Assembly (NCBI RefSeq): GCF_017876815.1 | Contig: NZ_JAGIOS010000004.1 | Location: 180,001-212,000, forward strand | DNA from: Sinorhizobium meliloti | Lineage (GTDB): Bacteria; Pseudomonadota; Alphaproteobacteria; Rhizobiales; Rhizobiaceae | DNA length: 32,000 nucleotides | Direction of reading: 5' to 3' | Part shown: piece after piece, positions 8,765 to 18,800 of the stretch | Position numbering within the stretch: position 1 is the stretch's first letter | How the letters are laid out: each line of letters starts with the position of its first letter | Notes under the pieces: model-generated | What the model saw: only the letters and a program-made list of their open reading frames with translations | Told to the model about the DNA's origin: nothing | Databases searched by the model: none | Program-made: the position numbers and the translations under genes

Positions 8765-9582
8765 TGCGGGTGTTCCACGGCTGACCAGTCCACCAAATCG
8801 GCTATTGTTGCGGGTGCCGAACGGGTGCCGACCGCCACCGCATAGATTGGCGATTGCATGACTGGATCGATGTCGAGCATGGTCTCGATGACGTTATCGT
8901 TCAATGCGCAAGTAGGCGTGGCAACGAGGCCGTTGGCAGTCGCCGCCAGCAACATGTTTTGCGCAATGTGCTCCGCCTCGATCAACACCACACGGAATCC
9001 GGCGGGATGCCGGTACTTCCATGCCGTCCTCGCAAAATTTGCCACCAGTAGGATCAGGGCTGACGCACCGGAAAACCAGTCCTGACCACCAAGAACGGTC
9101 TCTGCCGAGGGAAGTGTGTCGCAAGGCATGTAAGCGAGTGAATTTTCCAGGGCCGAGTAGTGATAGAGGCCGTTCGGAAGATCCTGGTCATTGCAGGCAA
9201 GTACATAGGCTTCATAGGGATTTCTGGCGCCCCCCGACGGCGTCGTCTTAAGCGGCAGCTCCCCCAGATCGGCCCTCGCCAGTCCCACGATGCCGATGCG
9301 GGAGAACCGGCAGTCGCGCAACTGTTCCTTGGTGATCGCTCCCGCGGCGCTCCCGTCAAAGCCACGATAGCTGCGCCGACGCTTCATCACGCCGAAAGAT
9401 CCATTGTCGCGCGGTGGCGGCAGCGACACGACCCGGGCGGCATCGGCATTGGTGGTGAAAAGGGAAACCGGCGGCAAATTTAGCACCGTTCTGTCATCGC
9501 AGCGATGCTGCTGCCTGCATCGATATATTGGGTGTATTTGATCGAAAAGTGAAAGAGGCCGGCTGTCTCCCCCCAGCGCCAT
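8761..9582 (-). CDS. SagB/ThcOx-type nitroreductase-fold (FMN) oxidoreductase
   Basis: 273 aa containing MKRRRSYRGFDG...ITKEQL, TTPSGGARNPYEAYV, GLYHYSALENSL, and a C-terminal nitroreductase-like LIEAEHIAQNMLLAATANGLVATP. The exact start is uncertain. Confidence 0.7.
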   Translation of the reverse strand: MALGGDSRPLSLFDQIHPIYRCRQQHRCDDRTVLNLPPVSLFTTNADAARVVSLPPPRDNGSFGVMKRRRSYRGFDGSAAGAITKEQLRDCRFSRIGIVGLARADLGELPLKTTPSGGARNPYEAYVLACNDQDLPNGLYHYSALENSLAYMPCDTLPSAETVLGGQDWFSGASALILLVANFARTAWKYRHPAGFRVVLIEAEHIAQNMLLAATANGLVATPTCALNDNVIETMLDIDPVMQSPIYAVAVGTRSAPATIADLVDWSAVEHPQ

Positions 9583-9840
9583 TCCCGATCATACATGTCG
9601 TTCTCCAAGCGCAGTTCCGGCGACGATCAGGAAACCGCAGTCAAGCAGCCGGATGACTTCCCTGGCCACGCTCGGATAGCTGCCGAGATCGCGGCTCAAC
9701 CTCGGATGGATCACGTCCAGCCAGTAGGCTTCAGCGTTTGGGGGCGGTTCACAACCCGGTGCGGTCAAATCGCTGCTTGATGAAAGTTCAGGAGCAGGTC
9801 ATGACGGAAGGGAAGCTAACCATATAGTCAAAAAAATAGA

Positions 9841-10590
9841 TCATAGCGCGTGTCGAACCCATACGTTCGGTTCGGCATATATGCCGTAATTGTGCTCAAT
9901 CGACACAAGCATCGGCACCAGTGCACCATCAATTTCCACCATGCCCGAACGTTCAAACGCTGTTCCTGTCCAACTTGACCATTCGGCAATTGTCCCAGCA
10001 ATGGTAATTGAATAAGGTGCTATTTTTAAGATTCTGCCACCGACGGCTATGTGAGTTCGCAGCCAGGAATCCACCGGGGAGCCGTCAGCACGCTGTAGTT
10101 TGATGTATTCATCCATAGGTAGCAGCGGGTCTCGTTGCTTCTGATTTGGACGAACCGGCGCAGACAATTCGTCGAAGCCAACATTCCTGGCACAGGTCTT
10201 CAATGCGCCCAACATTGCCAGTGCATTGCCAATACCTCGTGCTTTGGGCGCTAATGTGATTTCGAGTGCACTCATCGTGTTTGGTCTGCGACCGATAAGT
10301 TTATCCTCATGCGCCCAGCGGATAACCTGGTCCCAACCGCCGTCAGGCAATTCGGCACGGCCATCAACGTTCAGTGCAAACGGCACGCCGAAAGCTCGAG
10401 CAACGACCTCCTCATCGATAAGTCCTACAAAGGCATAGTCAAGGTAGTCAAAAAACACGGCCTTCCCAAAATACAGCTTCGCAGTTTGATTGTGGCGCAT
10501 GAAGTTGGGCCAAAGACCATCGAATTTCGGTGAAAAAACTGAGGGAATCAGATCGGACCGTTCCCGTAATGAGAATACCTGTAAGCTCAT
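9841..10590 (-). CDS. GNAT-like N-acyltransferase family protein
   Basis: 249 aa with GNAT motif-A-like ARGIGNALAMLGAL. The C-terminal block DSWLRTHIAVGGRILKIAPYSITIAGTIAEWSSWTGTAFERSGMVEIDGALVPM...AEPNVWVRH resembles a widespread bacterial GNAT-related family. GAGG lies ~8 nt before the ATG. The gene has visibly lower GC than its neighbours. Confidence 0.6.
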   Translation of the reverse strand: MSLQVFSLRERSDLIPSVFSPKFDGLWPNFMRHNQTAKLYFGKAVFFDYLDYAFVGLIDEEVVARAFGVPFALNVDGRAELPDGGWDQVIRWAHEDKLIGRRPNTMSALEITLAPKARGIGNALAMLGALKTCARNVGFDELSAPVRPNQKQRDPLLPMDEYIKLQRADGSPVDSWLRTHIAVGGRILKIAPYSITIAGTIAEWSSWTGTAFERSGMVEIDGALVPMLVSIEHNYGIYAEPNVWVRHAL

Positions 10591-10716
10591 TCTTCTACCT
10601 CGCGCAAAACCTGTGTCACCTGAATCATTTTAACCAGTTGCGACCCAGTCCGCAGCTTTTTCTATGCCGACCTCAATTGCGACTTAGTCGCTAACCCAGC
10701 GGAAAGATTAGTGTCG

Positions 10717-10756
10717 AAAACCCACCGCTCTTGCATGGGACGAGCGACCGGTTTTC
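10717..10756 (-). terminator. weak hairpin plus T-run, possible intrinsic terminator after the ParB-like gene
   Basis: cccaccgctc (10721-10730) and gagcgaccgg (10742-10751) can form a 5-bp core stem (ccgctc/gagcg region) with imperfect extension. The stem is flanked by aaaa (10717-10720) and tttt (10752-10755). It starts 26 nt past the stop at 10778. The stem is short, so this is a low-confidence call. Confidence 0.2.
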
Positions 10757-10777
10757 AGTCGGAATTCGCACCACCCT

Positions 10778-11179
10778 TCAGGAACCATTGTCCCGATCAT
10801 ATCCGAGATCACTCAATGGGATTTTACATTCGGGGAACTGAGAGTCGAAGACATGTTTGGTTGTCTTGGCAGGGAACTTCCGTCCGCTCCTAGCCATAGC
10901 CAAAATGATCTCAGGAGTAACTACCTCTCCCAAACGCCAAGCTTCTACCCGAACACCGCGGTAGTCCAGTAACATTGCTGGCAATATCCTCAATTGAAGC
11001 CGCTTGGCGACAGCCAGTCTATGATGGCCATCCATTACGAAAAGCTCTCCCTTATGGACTGCAATTGGAGTCTTCCAGAATTTGGCTTGGAGAATCTCTT
11101 CTTCAAGCTCAAGAACTTGTCGGCAATCAACCTCTTCCGTCGGAGTCAAATCGTTGGGCTGTAAGAGATAGTAGCGCAT
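10778..11179 (-). CDS. small ParB/sulfiredoxin (Srx)-fold domain protein
   Basis: 133 aa. LQPNDLTPTEEV...PIAVHKGELFVMDGHHRLAVAKRLQLRILPAMLL matches the ParB N-terminal/Srx domain layout (L.PTE ... PI.V ... DGHHR ... A..LG...IP). GGAGG lies ~10 nt before the ATG. Confidence 0.6.
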   Translation of the reverse strand: MRYYLLQPNDLTPTEEVDCRQVLELEEEILQAKFWKTPIAVHKGELFVMDGHHRLAVAKRLQLRILPAMLLDYRGVRVEAWRLGEVVTPEIILAMARSGRKFPAKTTKHVFDSQFPECKIPLSDLGYDRDNGS

Positions 11180-11336
11180 TCGAGTATAACCTCCGGTAGT
11201 AAAATACCTAATGTGTAGCCGGAACCTCGATTACTTAGTGATGGCGTGCGAAGGTCCGACGGATCGCGCAGGATCAAAGACGAATAAAGCTTCTTCATTC
11301 CGGCCTGCCTTTTCCAAGCTCCGGCGATGATGCAGA

Positions 11337-12872
11337 TCACTCTCTGGTGAGGAAGGCGACTTTTTCCAAGACCAGCAGACTTCGATCGAACAAATGCTTC
11401 ATGCCTCGTTCGCCTGCGTTGATCGCTTCCACAATCAGGCGTGCACTAAGGCAAAGCCGCAACGCGGCAACCTGGACGCCCTCAAGCTCGCCGCAAGGAA
11501 CCGGTTGTCCAACTTCGCAACGAACTGACAACATTGAGTCACCGGGCGTCTTGGCTTTCACGGTCGAATCCTGGCACAAATGATCGTAGATCCTCTTGGT
11601 CTGCGGGACAGCCACCGGATTTCTCCCCGCACGTCGACATACGTGAAACAGTATAAAAGGAAAAATTGTCGGTAGTTCGTCCCAAGAATTGTGAGTGACG
11701 GGCAGATGGCGTTGTAAGGTCGGTTGCTCTAACAGCTGAAAATTAGGCGCATTGTTCAGCCAGGAGGTAACCTCCTTATGAAAGTCAAACACGACGCTTT
11801 GGACATCTTCCTCTGAAACACTACGGAAAGCACGCAACTCCACGAGCGCAGCTTCCCACCGCAAAAGTAAACCAAAATTACTGGCTTCCGGGAGTGACTG
11901 AGCGCCTGCCCAATTTCGTGGCCAGTCTGCCCGGCAAGACTTCGCTCCTGGTATAGGGTGTAGTGGCCGTTTCTTCAAACGGCACGCCAGCGACTCAGGA
12001 ACCAAGAGCATTGCCGAAAAGGCTGGACCTCCCAAAAACTTGGATCCAGTAACTATCACCAAGCAGCCGATGGTAAGGTAGGTTTGCAGCGTCTTCGGTG
12101 CCAATCGAAATTGAGATGCATCGATGAGAATTTCAACACTATCGCGCCAGCGACGCTTCAAATCCAGCGCCTTGCTCGGAGTTGGAGCCAGTACGCCGGT
12201 TTTCGAAACGTCAGTCAACACAATCAAAATACGACTGTACCGCGTTATCGCAGCCGATACTATTGCCTCAAGCTCATCATCGACGGCCGCAATGGGGCGG
12301 AGACGGGCACCTTCCATGCGAACTGCTATCGATCTAACATCAATTGGATCGGCTGGATTAACCCTTATTCCACCACTCTCGCGGTGCGGAGAATGCATAC
12401 CGCCAGCCAGAGCATGACCGATCCCACTCCCCGTCTCCTCCGATTGGACCATAATTGCCAATGTCTTTGCGACGGCGCTTCCTGCGACCAATTTGGAGGC
12501 GAGCATGTGAGCGTCGGTGCCAGAAGGGGAAACGATGAGTTCTAGCCCTTGAATATGCTCCAAACCGCATAAGCCAATGAATTCGGTGCGAAGTCTGTCG
12601 ATCTCTTCTAGATAAAGTTCTTCCGGTGCCCGTCCATGCAAGGTCTGCAATATCCTTTGGCGTAGTTTTTCCGCAGCTGAGAATCCGATGTCAGAAATCG
12701 TAGATGCGGTCGCGGAACCAAATGAGAATATTTCCCGGTCGGGAAGTGGTTTACGACCGTACTTATTTGTCATTTGACCAGCATCAAGTTCGATCCGCTC
12801 GTCACCCCCCAAGGTTAACAACTCAGCGGTCGAAGGAAGGTGAGTATTCAGGTGGGATAGCCGCTCTGTCAT
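11337..12872 (-). CDS. fold-type I PLP-dependent enzyme, aminotransferase class V / cysteine-desulfurase-like
   Basis: 511 aa with [11 protein letters not shown], then IDASQFRL, then [19 protein letters not shown]. The D..Q to Lys spacing (~26 residues) matches class V enzymes, and the Lys in GSKF is the presumed PLP lysine. Its ATG overlaps the NRPS stop (ATGA at 12869-12872). My hand count for 11641-11740 gives 45% GC. Confidence 0.55.
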   Translation of the reverse strand: MTERLSHLNTHLPSTAELLTLGGDERIELDAGQMTNKYGRKPLPDREIFSFGSATASTISDIGFSAAEKLRQRILQTLHGRAPEELYLEEIDRLRTEFIGLCGLEHIQGLELIVSPSGTDAHMLASKLVAGSAVAKTLAIMVQSEETGSGIGHALAGGMHSPHRESGGIRVNPADPIDVRSIAVRMEGARLRPIAAVDDELEAIVSAAITRYSRILIVLTDVSKTGVLAPTPSKALDLKRRWRDSVEILIDASQFRLAPKTLQTYLTIGCLVIVTGSKFLGGPAFSAMLLVPESLACRLKKRPLHPIPGAKSCRADWPRNWAGAQSLPEASNFGLLLRWEAALVELRAFRSVSEEDVQSVVFDFHKEVTSWLNNAPNFQLLEQPTLQRHLPVTHNSWDELPTIFPFILFHVCRRAGRNPVAVPQTKRIYDHLCQDSTVKAKTPGDSMLSVRCEVGQPVPCGELEGVQVAALRLCLSARLIVEAINAGERGMKHLFDRSLLVLEKVAFLTRE

Positions 12873-15800
12873 TTGACATCCAGATTTCTGTTCGGGTGGG
12901 TAGTCGGCGAATTGTTTAAGGCTGCTGACAGTTGGCGCGCCAAGACCCGCCGGTTTTCCGGAACAGCCATCATCGTCACGTGATCGCCTGGAACGGGCAC
13001 AGCCTGGATAAACTCCGCGCCCAAAATTCGATCCCAGCCGCGCATTGGTGAACTTGCGTCCGGCCCTGCCGGAAGTCGCGCCCCTCGGCTAAAAGAGTGC
13101 TCCAGAGCATAAAATTGGTGCACGCTGACTGGCAGTGATGGCATCTCATACGAATGCACAGCTTGGTGAAATTGCGCGTATCTGATGGCGTCATAGTAGA
13201 GATCTGGTCTACCGACGACCGCACCGATTTGTCGCGCTTTCTCAAACAACTGCTCAACGGAACTCTGCCCGGCCGATTGGCGCAGCACCTCGAACCCCTC
13301 ATCACCCAGCGACTCCAGAGGTTCAAAGATCATTTGCAAAGCGATTTCTGTATCCGTCATCGCAGGCGACATCGCCGGGATTGGCACATCGATGAATGCC
13401 ATAAATGAAACCGTTTCTTCCAGATTGAGCAGGCGCTCGGCGAGCGCATACGCCAGTACAGCCCCAGAGGAATACCCGGCAAATCGATATGGTCCCCGTG
13501 GCTGCACTTTGCGTACTGCGTGCGCTACTTTTGTTGCAATCTCTTCAAGGCTTGCTCGACGAGCTTCCTCAAATGGCGGCCAAGGCAAAGCGTAGACATG
13601 GCAATCTATGTCCATCTCTCTGACTAAGCGGAACACATATGAGCAGTCGCCATAACCTGTCGGAACAAAGAAGACTGGCGCTTGCGACCCTATCGTGCGA
13701 ACCGGTAGCACACCGGGTGTATAATGGGATGAGTCCAACTCGATCTTCGGAGCGAGGTCTTTGAGGATCGGGGCATCAAAAATGCTGCTGGCGCTGACCT
13801 TCATCCCAAGGGCTAACGCTTGGGCGAGCACGCGCACCGCCAACAATGAGTGGCCGCCGAGTTCGAAGAAGTTGTCGTGGCGCCCGACCTGCTCGACGCC
13901 GAGAAGCTCGGCCCAGATCCCGGCCAGCAGCGTCTCGATCTCGCCCTGCGGCGCCTCGTAGGCCCGACGCGCATAGGCATCGTCGTCGGGGACCGGCAGC
14001 GCCTTGCGGTCGAGCTTGCCGTTCACCGTCAGCGGCAGTGCATCCAGCCGCACGAAGGCCGACGGCACCATGTAGTCCGGTAGCAGGCCACCCAGATGCG
14101 CCCGCAACGACGCAGCAAGCCCGGCGCCATCGGCTTCGGCCGACCCGTCCGTCGTCTTCGCAACCACATAGGCGACGAGCCGCTTGTCGCCCGCCGCATC
14201 CGCGTGCGCCACCACCGCGGCATCGCCGACAAGCTCATGCTCCAGCAGCCGGGCGGCGATCTCGCCCGGCTCGATGCGGAAGCCGCGGATCTTCACCTGG
14301 TCGTCATTGCGGCCCAGAAACTCGAGATTGCCGTCCGGCAGGTAGCGCGCCAGGTCGCCGCTCCGGTACATCCGGGCGCCGGCCTTGCCGCTGAACCGAT
14401 CCGCCAGGAACCGCTCCGCCGTCAGATCCGGACGGTTCAGGTAGCCGCGCGCCACCCCCGCCCCGCCGATATAAAGCTCACCAACCGCCCCAAACGGGAC
14501 GGGTGCGCCATGACCGTCAAGCACATAAAGCCGCGTGTTCGCAATCGGACGGCCGATCGGCACATACCGGTGAGGCGCCTCAATTCTCGTGTCGGTAAGA
14601 AAGGTGGTCGCCCAAATCGTAGTCTCCGTCGGACCATAAAGATTTCTGAGAGATTTTACCCTTCTGCCGAGGTTCGAGGCCAGTTCTGAAGGCAACGCTT
14701 CGCCGCCACACAACGCACTTAAATCGGGCGCACCCTCCCAGCCGGCGTCGAAGAGCATACGCCACGCCGCGGGGGTCGCCTGCATCACAGTTATCTTCTG
14801 ATGGGATAGATACCGCTGTAATCCAATAACACTGGTTCCGTGAGCAACAACGACGTTAGCTCCCACGGCCAGTGGCAGATAGAGTTCCAGCCCCGCAATG
14901 TCGAAAGAGATCGTCGTGATCGCGAGGAGTGAATCGCGCTCTGTGAGGCCCGATACATCTAAAAGAGCGCGTAGAACATTGAGAACACTTGCATGCTCGA
15001 CCATGACGCCCTTAGGCGTGCCGGTGGATCCCGATGTGTAGATGACATAGGCGAGATTGCGGGCTGTCAGGCCGAGGGCATGCGGGTCGGGATCGTCAGC
15101 GGACTGGTCGGCCCAAGCGGGCATGGCCGCATCGAGATCGACCGCGCTCAGATCGGCGATTGCCTCGGCGCCCAACGCCGCGCGGCCGGCGGCGTCGCAA
15201 AGCAGCAGCCGCGGGCCGGCATCGTCGAGCAACTGCCGCAGCCGTTCGCCGGGATAGGCCGGGTCGAGCGGCACATAGGCGCCGCCGGCCTTGAGGATCG
15301 CCAGCAGTCCCACCACCATCGCCGGGCTGCGCTCGACGCAGATCGCCACTGGCTGGTCCGGCCTCACCCCGAGCCCGATCAGATGATGGGCCAGCCGGTT
15401 GGCATCGGCATTGAGCGCGCCATAGGAGATCGACTGCTCTTCGAAGACCAGTGCGACCGCGTCGGGCACCCGGCGCACCTGCGCCTCGAACAGCGCATGC
15501 ACGCAAAGATCCGACGGATAGTCCGCTTCCGTCCGGTTCAACTCCTCCAGCAGGTAGCTGCGCTCCTCAGCCGGAAGAATGTCGAGCTCGCGCACCGGCC
15601 TATCGGGCGCTTGCTCCAGCGCGTCGACCAGTTGCTCGAGCGCCCGCTGCATATAGCCGCAGATCCGATCGGCGGAGATCGGTTCGACCGCATCCGCCGT
15701 GAGCCCCAGCTCCTGACCAAAATCATCCACCGACAATGTCAGCGGGTAGTTGGTCCGTTCCTCGTCCCCCAGCCATTCCATGCCGGACAGCACGTCGCTT

Positions 15801-18800
15801 GTTCCCTCGCCGGCCATGGCCGGCGTGTTGTGGCGATAGTTCAGCAGCGCACTGAACAGTGGCGCTGGTGCGGCAATATCGCTGCAGCGTTGCGCCAATG
15901 CCAGCGAGGCATGCTCGTGTGAGAGCAATTCGGCCAGACGGGCGTGGGCGATACGCACACTTTCCTCGACCCCGGTCTCATCCAGATCCAGCCGCAACGG
16001 CAAGGTATTCATGAACAAGCCCATGGCACGGTCGGCGCCGGCACCCGCATGCATGCGGCCGAACAGCACCGTGCCGAACACCACCTGCTCGCGCCCGCTG
16101 CTCAGCGCCACCACCTGGGCCCAGGCCAGATGGCAAAGGCTAGCCAGACTCACCCCCAGCCGCCGCGCCTGGTGGCGCAGCCGATCGTTGAGCGCCTGCG
16201 GCAGCATCCGCCGTGCCTCGCGGGATCCGCGGCCGTCGCCGTAGACCTCGCTCAGAGCGAACGGCAGGGTCGGCTCGTCGATGTCGGCCAGCATCTCCCG
16301 GAAGAACGCTTCATGCGCTTTGGCATCCATGCCAAGCCGCGCCTGCGCCACCAGGTTGCGGAACGGCTGCGGCGCTGCAAGCTCATGCGCGCGCCCCTGC
16401 AGCACGGCCCGGACCTCGGCATGCATCACTTCGGCCGTCGTATGATCGCCGATCAGATGGTGCTGCAACACCAAAAGCAGCCAGCGCCCACTGCCCGGTT
16501 CGCGCGCGATCACGAACCGCATCAGCGGCGCCCGGCCAAGGTCGAGACGGTACTGGCGCGGATCGAACCGCCGCCTGAGCTCATCGGCGCCGGAACCATC
16601 ACAGCCCTCCAGCTCGACCTCGAGCACATCCAAGGCCGCCTTGCGCCAGACAACCTGCGCCGGGCTCGACAGACCCTCCCAGACAAAGGCCGTGCGCAGA
16701 ATGTCGTGGCGGTCGACCACCTGTTGAACCGCAGCAAGGTAGCGATCGAGCACACCCCGCTCGGCAAAGGCCATCTGCGACATCAGGAGATAGGGGTCAC
16801 CCTGGGTTGCCAGCAAATGATGGAACAGAATGCCGTCCTGCAGCGGCGACAGGCCATAGATATCCTGGATATTGCCGACGCCGCCGGGCACCGTCGACAC
16901 GATCCGGTCGATCTCCGGTTGGGTAAGATCGATCAGCGGCAGCATCTGCGGCGTGATCGCCGTACTCTGTTCCGTGATCGGGTTGGCAGGCACCGCCACC
17001 TCCCGGTGGCTGCCAAGACTGGCGGCCAGATCGGCAAGCATCGGCTTTGCAAATACGGTGCGAACCTCGACCCCGAGCGACAGCCGCCGCAGACGCTCCA
17101 TCATTTGAACGGCCAACAATGAGTGGCCGCCGAGCTCGAAGAAGTTGTCGTGGCGCCCGACCTGCTCGACGCCGAGAAGCTCGGCCCAGATCCCGGCCAG
17201 CAGCGTCTCGATCTCGCCCTGCGGCGCCTCGTAGGCCCGACGCGCATAGGCATCGTCGTCGGGGACCGGCAGCGCCTTGCGGTCGAGCTTGCCGTTCACC
17301 GTCAGCGGCAGTGCATCCAGCCGCACGAAGGCCGACGGCACCATGTAGTCCGGTAGCAGGCCACCCAGATGCGCCCGCAACGACGCAGCAAGCCCGGCGC
17401 CATCGGCTTCGGCCGACCCGTCCGTCGTCTTCGCAACCACATAGGCGACGAGCCGCTTGTCGCCCGCCGCATCCGCGTGCGCCACCACCGCGGCATCGCC
17501 GACAAGCTCATGCTCCAGCAGCCGGGCGGCGATCTCGCCCGGCTCGATGCGGAAGCCGCGGATCTTCACCTGGTCGTCATTGCGGCCCAGAAACTCGAGA
17601 TTGCCGTCCGGCAGGTAGCGCGCCAGGTCGCCGCTCCGGTACATCCGGGCGCCGGCCTTGCCGCTGAACGGATCCGCCAGGAACCGCTCCGCCGTCAGAT
17701 CCGGACGGTTCAGGTAGCCGCGCGCCACCCCCGCCCCGCCGATATAAAGCTCACCAACCGCCCCAAACGGAACCGGCTGACCATGGCCGTCAAGCACATA
17801 AAGCCGCGTGTTCGCAATCGGACGGCCGATATGTGGCACAGCGTCACTGAAGAGCTGTCCCGACGTTGCCACCACAGTAACTTCCGTAGGACCATAGTTG
17901 TTTATTAACTTGAGAGGCGACGGTAGCCGGGAAGGCACACGCTGCAGACGATCACCGCCAATAAGCAAGTACTCCAACAAGGGAGTTACCAGCTCGCCTT
18001 CCAATGCCGTTGCAGCCAGCGGCGTGACTAAAAAGGCGGCGTCCAGTGGTTGATCACGCCACCATTGCAGGAGAAGCAGAGGATCTCCTGCTGCCGGTCT
18101 GGGTGGGAGCAGCAATGTGCTGCGATTGTATAATGCAGACCATAACTCCCAAGCGCTGGCATCGAATGCCACTCCAGCCGTGAGTGTGCAGCAGGTTTCT
18201 GGTTGCGGACAAAATGTTTGCACATGCCATGCTGTGAGATTGACCAGGCTTTGATGCTCGACCATGACGCCCTTAGGCGTGCCGGTGGATCCCGATGTGT
18301 AGATGACATAGGCGAGATTGCGGGCTGTCAGGCCGAGGGCATGCGGGTCGGGATCGTCAGCGGACTGGTCGGCCCAGGCGGGCATGGCCGTATCGAGATC
18401 GACCGCGCTCAGATCGGCGATTGCCTCGGCGCCCAACGCCGCGCGACCGGCGGCGTCGCAAAGCAGCAGCCGCGGGCCGGCATCGTCGAGCAACTGCCGC
18501 AGCCGTTCGCCGGGATAGGCCGGGTCGAGCGGCACATAGGCGCCGCCGGCCTTGAGGATCGCCAGCAGTCCCACCACCATCGCCGGGCTGCGCTCGACGC
18601 AGATCGCCACTGGCTGGTCCGGCCTCACCCCGAGCCCGATCAGATGATGGGCCAGCCGGTTGGCATCGGCATTGAGCGCGCCATAGGAGATCGACTGCTC
18701 TTCGAAGACCAGTGCGACCGCGTCGGGCACCCGGCGCACCTGCGCCTCGAACAGCGCATGCACGCAAAGATCCGACGGATAGTCCGCTTCCGTCCGGTTC

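Noticed and set aside
7979-8845. Plus-strand 288-aa ORF.
   Set aside because: It is antisense to the PPTase frame, which carries the FNLSH / GxD / W.KEA.LK motifs.
9826-9880. T7 run (a-run 9830-9836 on the plus strand) right after the GNAT-like stop, with a nearby cgaac/gttcg hairpin, as a possible terminator.
   Set aside because: The stem is only 5 bp, lies inside the coding region, and is ~17 nt from the T-run, so it is not a canonical intrinsic terminator geometry.
11146-11340. 64-aa minus-strand ORF starting with GTG overlapping the PLP gene stop (GTGA) and running into the ParB-like gene.
   Set aside because: It overlaps the ParB-like start and its GGAGG ribosome-binding site by 34 nt, shows no codon-position GC bias, and has no motif. 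It is most likely intergenic sequence. A leader or micropeptide cannot be excluded without expression data.
10778-12872. Cysteine-desulfurase-like plus ParB-fold pair as a DNA phosphorothioation (dndA/dndB-like) module.
   Set aside because: The ParB-fold protein is only 133 aa, whereas DndB-type proteins are much larger. No dndC/D/E-like genes are present. The PLP gene is translationally coupled to the NRPS, which points to a biosynthetic role.
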